26,907 nt of DNA from Clostridia bacterium (GTDB lineage: Bacteria > Bacillota > Dehalobacteriia > UBA4068), in the NCBI GenBank assembly GCA_012515255.1, contig JAAYYR010000058.1, positions 1 to 26,907 on the forward strand. Reading direction: 5' to 3'. Shown piece after piece: positions 24,583 through 26,907 of this stretch. Every line of letters starts with the position of its first letter. Position 1 is the stretch's first letter. Both the position numbers and the translations under genes were made by a program. The notes beneath the pieces are model-generated. The model had not been told where the DNA came from, ran no database searches, and saw only the letters and a list, made by a program, of their open reading frames with translations.

Positions 24583-25785
24583 ATGGCAAAAGCCCTGATC
24601 ATCGGCTGCGGCGGCGTGGCATCCGTCGCCATTCACAAATGCTGCCAAAACAGCGCAATATTCACTGATATCTGCATTGCCTCGCGCACGGTGGAAAAAT
24701 GCGACGCCCTGGCTAAAAAACTCGCGCCAACCACCAAGACCAGGATCAGCACTGCCCAAGTGGACGCCAATAATGTCGGCGAGCTGGTAGCCCTGATCGA
24801 ACAATTCCAACCTAACCTTGTGATGAATCTGGCTCTGCCCTATCAGGATTTGGCGATCATGGATGCTTGCCTTGCCACCCGCGTCAATTATCTTGATACC
24901 GCCAATTATGAGCCGGAGGATGAGGCCAAGTTCGAATACAGCTGGCAGTGGGCCTACCGCGAGCGTTTCCGTAAGGCGGGCATCACGGCGCTGCTCGGCA
25001 GCGGCTTTGACCCGGGCGTGACCGGCGTATTCGCCGCTTATGCCCAAAAGCATTATTTCGATACCATCGAGTATATCGATATCCTTGACTGCAATGCCGG
25101 CGATCATGGCTATCCCTTTGCCACCAATTTTAACCCGGAGATCAATATCCGCGAAGTAACGGCCAAAGGCAGCTACTGGGAGGGCGGCCATTGGGTCGAA
25201 ACAGAGCCGCTCGCCATCAAACGCGTCTACGATTTCCCGCAAATCGGCAATAAAGATATGTATTTGCTGCATCATGAGGAACTGGAATCGTTGGCCCTGA
25301 ATATCCGCGGCATCAAGCGCATCCGCTTTTTCATGACCTTTGGCGAAAGCTATCTGACTCATTTGCGCTGCCTGCAGAATGTGGGCATGACCTCGATCAC
25401 GCCCATCATATTCGAGGGGCGCCCCATCATCCCGCTGCAATTCCTAAAGGCGGTGCTGCCCGACCCCTCCTCGCTCGGCCCGCGCACCAAGGGCAAGACC
25501 AATATCGGCTGCATTTTCCAAGGTCTGAAGGACGGTCGGCCGCGCAGCTATTATGTCTACAATGTCTGCGATCATGAGGCCTGCTATCGCGAGGTTGGCT
25601 CGCAGGCGGTGGCCTATACCACCGGCGTGCCGGCGATGATCGGCGCTTCCCTGCTGATGAGCGGCATATGGAGCGGCCCCGGCGTATTCAATATCGAGGA
25701 ATTCGATCCCGACCCCTTCATGGCGGCCTTAAACAAATGGGGCCTGCCCTGGGTAGAGGATTTCGACCCCATTTTAGTAGATTAA
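24583..25785 (+). CDS. Saccharopine dehydrogenase-family protein, carboxy(nor)spermidine dehydrogenase (CASDH)
   Basis: Rossmann IIGCGGVA, YLDTANYEP, GSGFDPGVT, FATNFNPEINIRE, QAVAYTTGVPAM; adjacent to nspC. Confidence 0.92.
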   Translation: MAKALIIGCGGVASVAIHKCCQNSAIFTDICIASRTVEKCDALAKKLAPTTKTRISTAQVDANNVGELVALIEQFQPNLVMNLALPYQDLAIMDACLATRVNYLDTANYEPEDEAKFEYSWQWAYRERFRKAGITALLGSGFDPGVTGVFAAYAQKHYFDTIEYIDILDCNAGDHGYPFATNFNPEINIREVTAKGSYWEGGHWVETEPLAIKRVYDFPQIGNKDMYLLHHEELESLALNIRGIKRIRFFMTFGESYLTHLRCLQNVGMTSITPIIFEGRPIIPLQFLKAVLPDPSSLGPRTKGKTNIGCIFQGLKDGRPRSYYVYNVCDHEACYREVGSQAVAYTTGVPAMIGASLLMSGIWSGPGVFNIEEFDPDPFMAALNKWGLPWVEDFDPILVD

Positions 25786-25815
25786 TCAGCCCGGACTTAT
25801 AGGATGAGCATTGCC

Positions 25816-26907
25816 ATGCGCTATGAAGAATTACCCACCCCCTGCTATGTGATTGACCAAGAGCTGCTGGAGCATAATCTGCGGCTGCTCTTTGATTTGT
25901 CGCGCCGCAGCGGAGCGAAAATCCTCCTAGCGCAAAAAGCTTTCTCTATGTTCAGCCTCTACCCGCTGATTGGCCGTTATCTGGCGGGAACCGCGTCAAG
26001 CGGCCTGTTTGAGGCGCGTCTGGGCCGCGAGGAAATGGGGGGCGAAAGCCATGTTTACGCCCCTGCCTACCGGGAGGAAGAAATAGAGCAGATTGCCCGG
26101 CTCGCCGACCATATCATCTTTAATTCCTTCGGCCAGCTGGCCAAATATAGCGGTCAGGCCCTGGCCGGGGGAGCGAAAATTGGTCTGCGTATCAACCCTG
26201 AGCGCTCCACCCAAAGCATACAGCCGTTATACGACCCTTGCGCGCCGGGCAGCCGTCTCGGCGTCACAGCCGCTGCTTTCGCCGCCGCCCTGGCGGCCGA
26301 TCCCCGTGCTTTGCGCGATGTCAGCGGCCTGCATTTTCATACCCTGTGCGAGCAAAACGCCGACGCCCTGGCCTTAACGCTTGACGCCGTGGAGGAAAAA
26401 TTCGGCCGCTGGCTGTCGCTGCCGCAGATGGAATGGCTTAACCTGGGCGGCGGACAACTGATCACCAACGACGATTATGATTTGCCGCTGCTGGAAGCAT
26501 TGATTCGCCGGATGCGGGAGCGCTATGGCGTCACAATCTATCTTGAGCCGGGGGAAGCGGTGGCGCTTAAAGCCGGTTTTTTGCAGACCACGGTGCTGGA
26601 TATCATCCGCCATGACCGCGCTATCGCTATCCTTGACGCATCGGCCGCCTGCCACATGCCGGATGTGTTGGAAATGCCCTACCGGCCGCCGCTGCCCTGC
26701 GCCGGCCTGCCGGGGGCAAAGCCTTATACCTACCGCCTGGCCGGGCCGACCTGTCTCGCGGGCGATGTGATCGGCGACTATTCCTTTGACGCGCCGCTTG
26801 CCCCGGGCGACCGCCTTAGCTTTAGCGATATGGCGATCTATACCATGGTTAAAAATAATACCTTCAATGGCGTGAATTTACCGGCGATCGCCCTGCGCGA
26901 GCCGGGC
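25816..26907 (+). CDS. nspC: Carboxy(nor)spermidine decarboxylase, 3' end outside the window
   Basis: Open frame to the window end (absent from the track because it has no stop): MRYEELPTPCYVID...LLAQKAFS...GLHFHTLCEQ...EPGEA...HMPDVLEMPYRP...GPTCLAGD...MVKNNTFNGV. Alternative start 25804. Confidence 0.93.
   Translation, partial: MRYEELPTPCYVIDQELLEHNLRLLFDLSRRSGAKILLAQKAFSMFSLYPLIGRYLAGTASSGLFEARLGREEMGGESHVYAPAYREEEIEQIARLADHIIFNSFGQLAKYSGQALAGGAKIGLRINPERSTQSIQPLYDPCAPGSRLGVTAAAFAAALAADPRALRDVSGLHFHTLCEQNADALALTLDAVEEKFGRWLSLPQMEWLNLGGGQLITNDDYDLPLLEALIRRMRERYGVTIYLEPGEAVALKAGFLQTTVLDIIRHDRAIAILDASAACHMPDVLEMPYRPPLPCAGLPGAKPYTYRLAGPTCLAGDVIGDYSFDAPLAPGDRLSFSDMAIYTMVKNNTFNGVNLPAIALREPG

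Overview
GC-rich chromosomal window from a Bacillota/Clostridia-type bacterium (inferred from HrcA/CIRCE, alpha2beta2 GlyRS, an ECF S-component and sigmaA-type promoters). It is mostly core genes: clpX(3' end)-lon-engB; a DUF4430-like lipoprotein; a PadR-DUF1700-DUF4097 operon; a cysteine hydrolase; glyQS; hrcA-grpE-dnaK-dnaJ-mtaB with a CIRCE; pta; FMN riboswitch-ribU; pncA-like-tadA; tRNA-Arg(CCT); two small AT-richer ORFs; and a polyamine operon (Orn/Lys/Arg decarboxylase-speE-speB-carboxyspermidine dehydrogenase-nspC, running off the end). I found no transposase, integrase, CRISPR array or defence system. The most interesting signals are non-coding: (i) a promoter-driven ~155-nt rod-shaped RNA resembling 6S RNA, followed by two near-identical 42-bp hairpin repeats and an orphan DUF4430 lipoprotein; (ii) a multi-stem structured leader before the polyamine operon (riboswitch candidate, possibly the ldcC motif); (iii) glyQS with no room for a T-box; (iv) CtsR-like heptads beside the hrcA promoter; (v) a REP-like hairpin inside the polyamine operon. 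All folding and motif calls were made by eye and none was checked by a database search.
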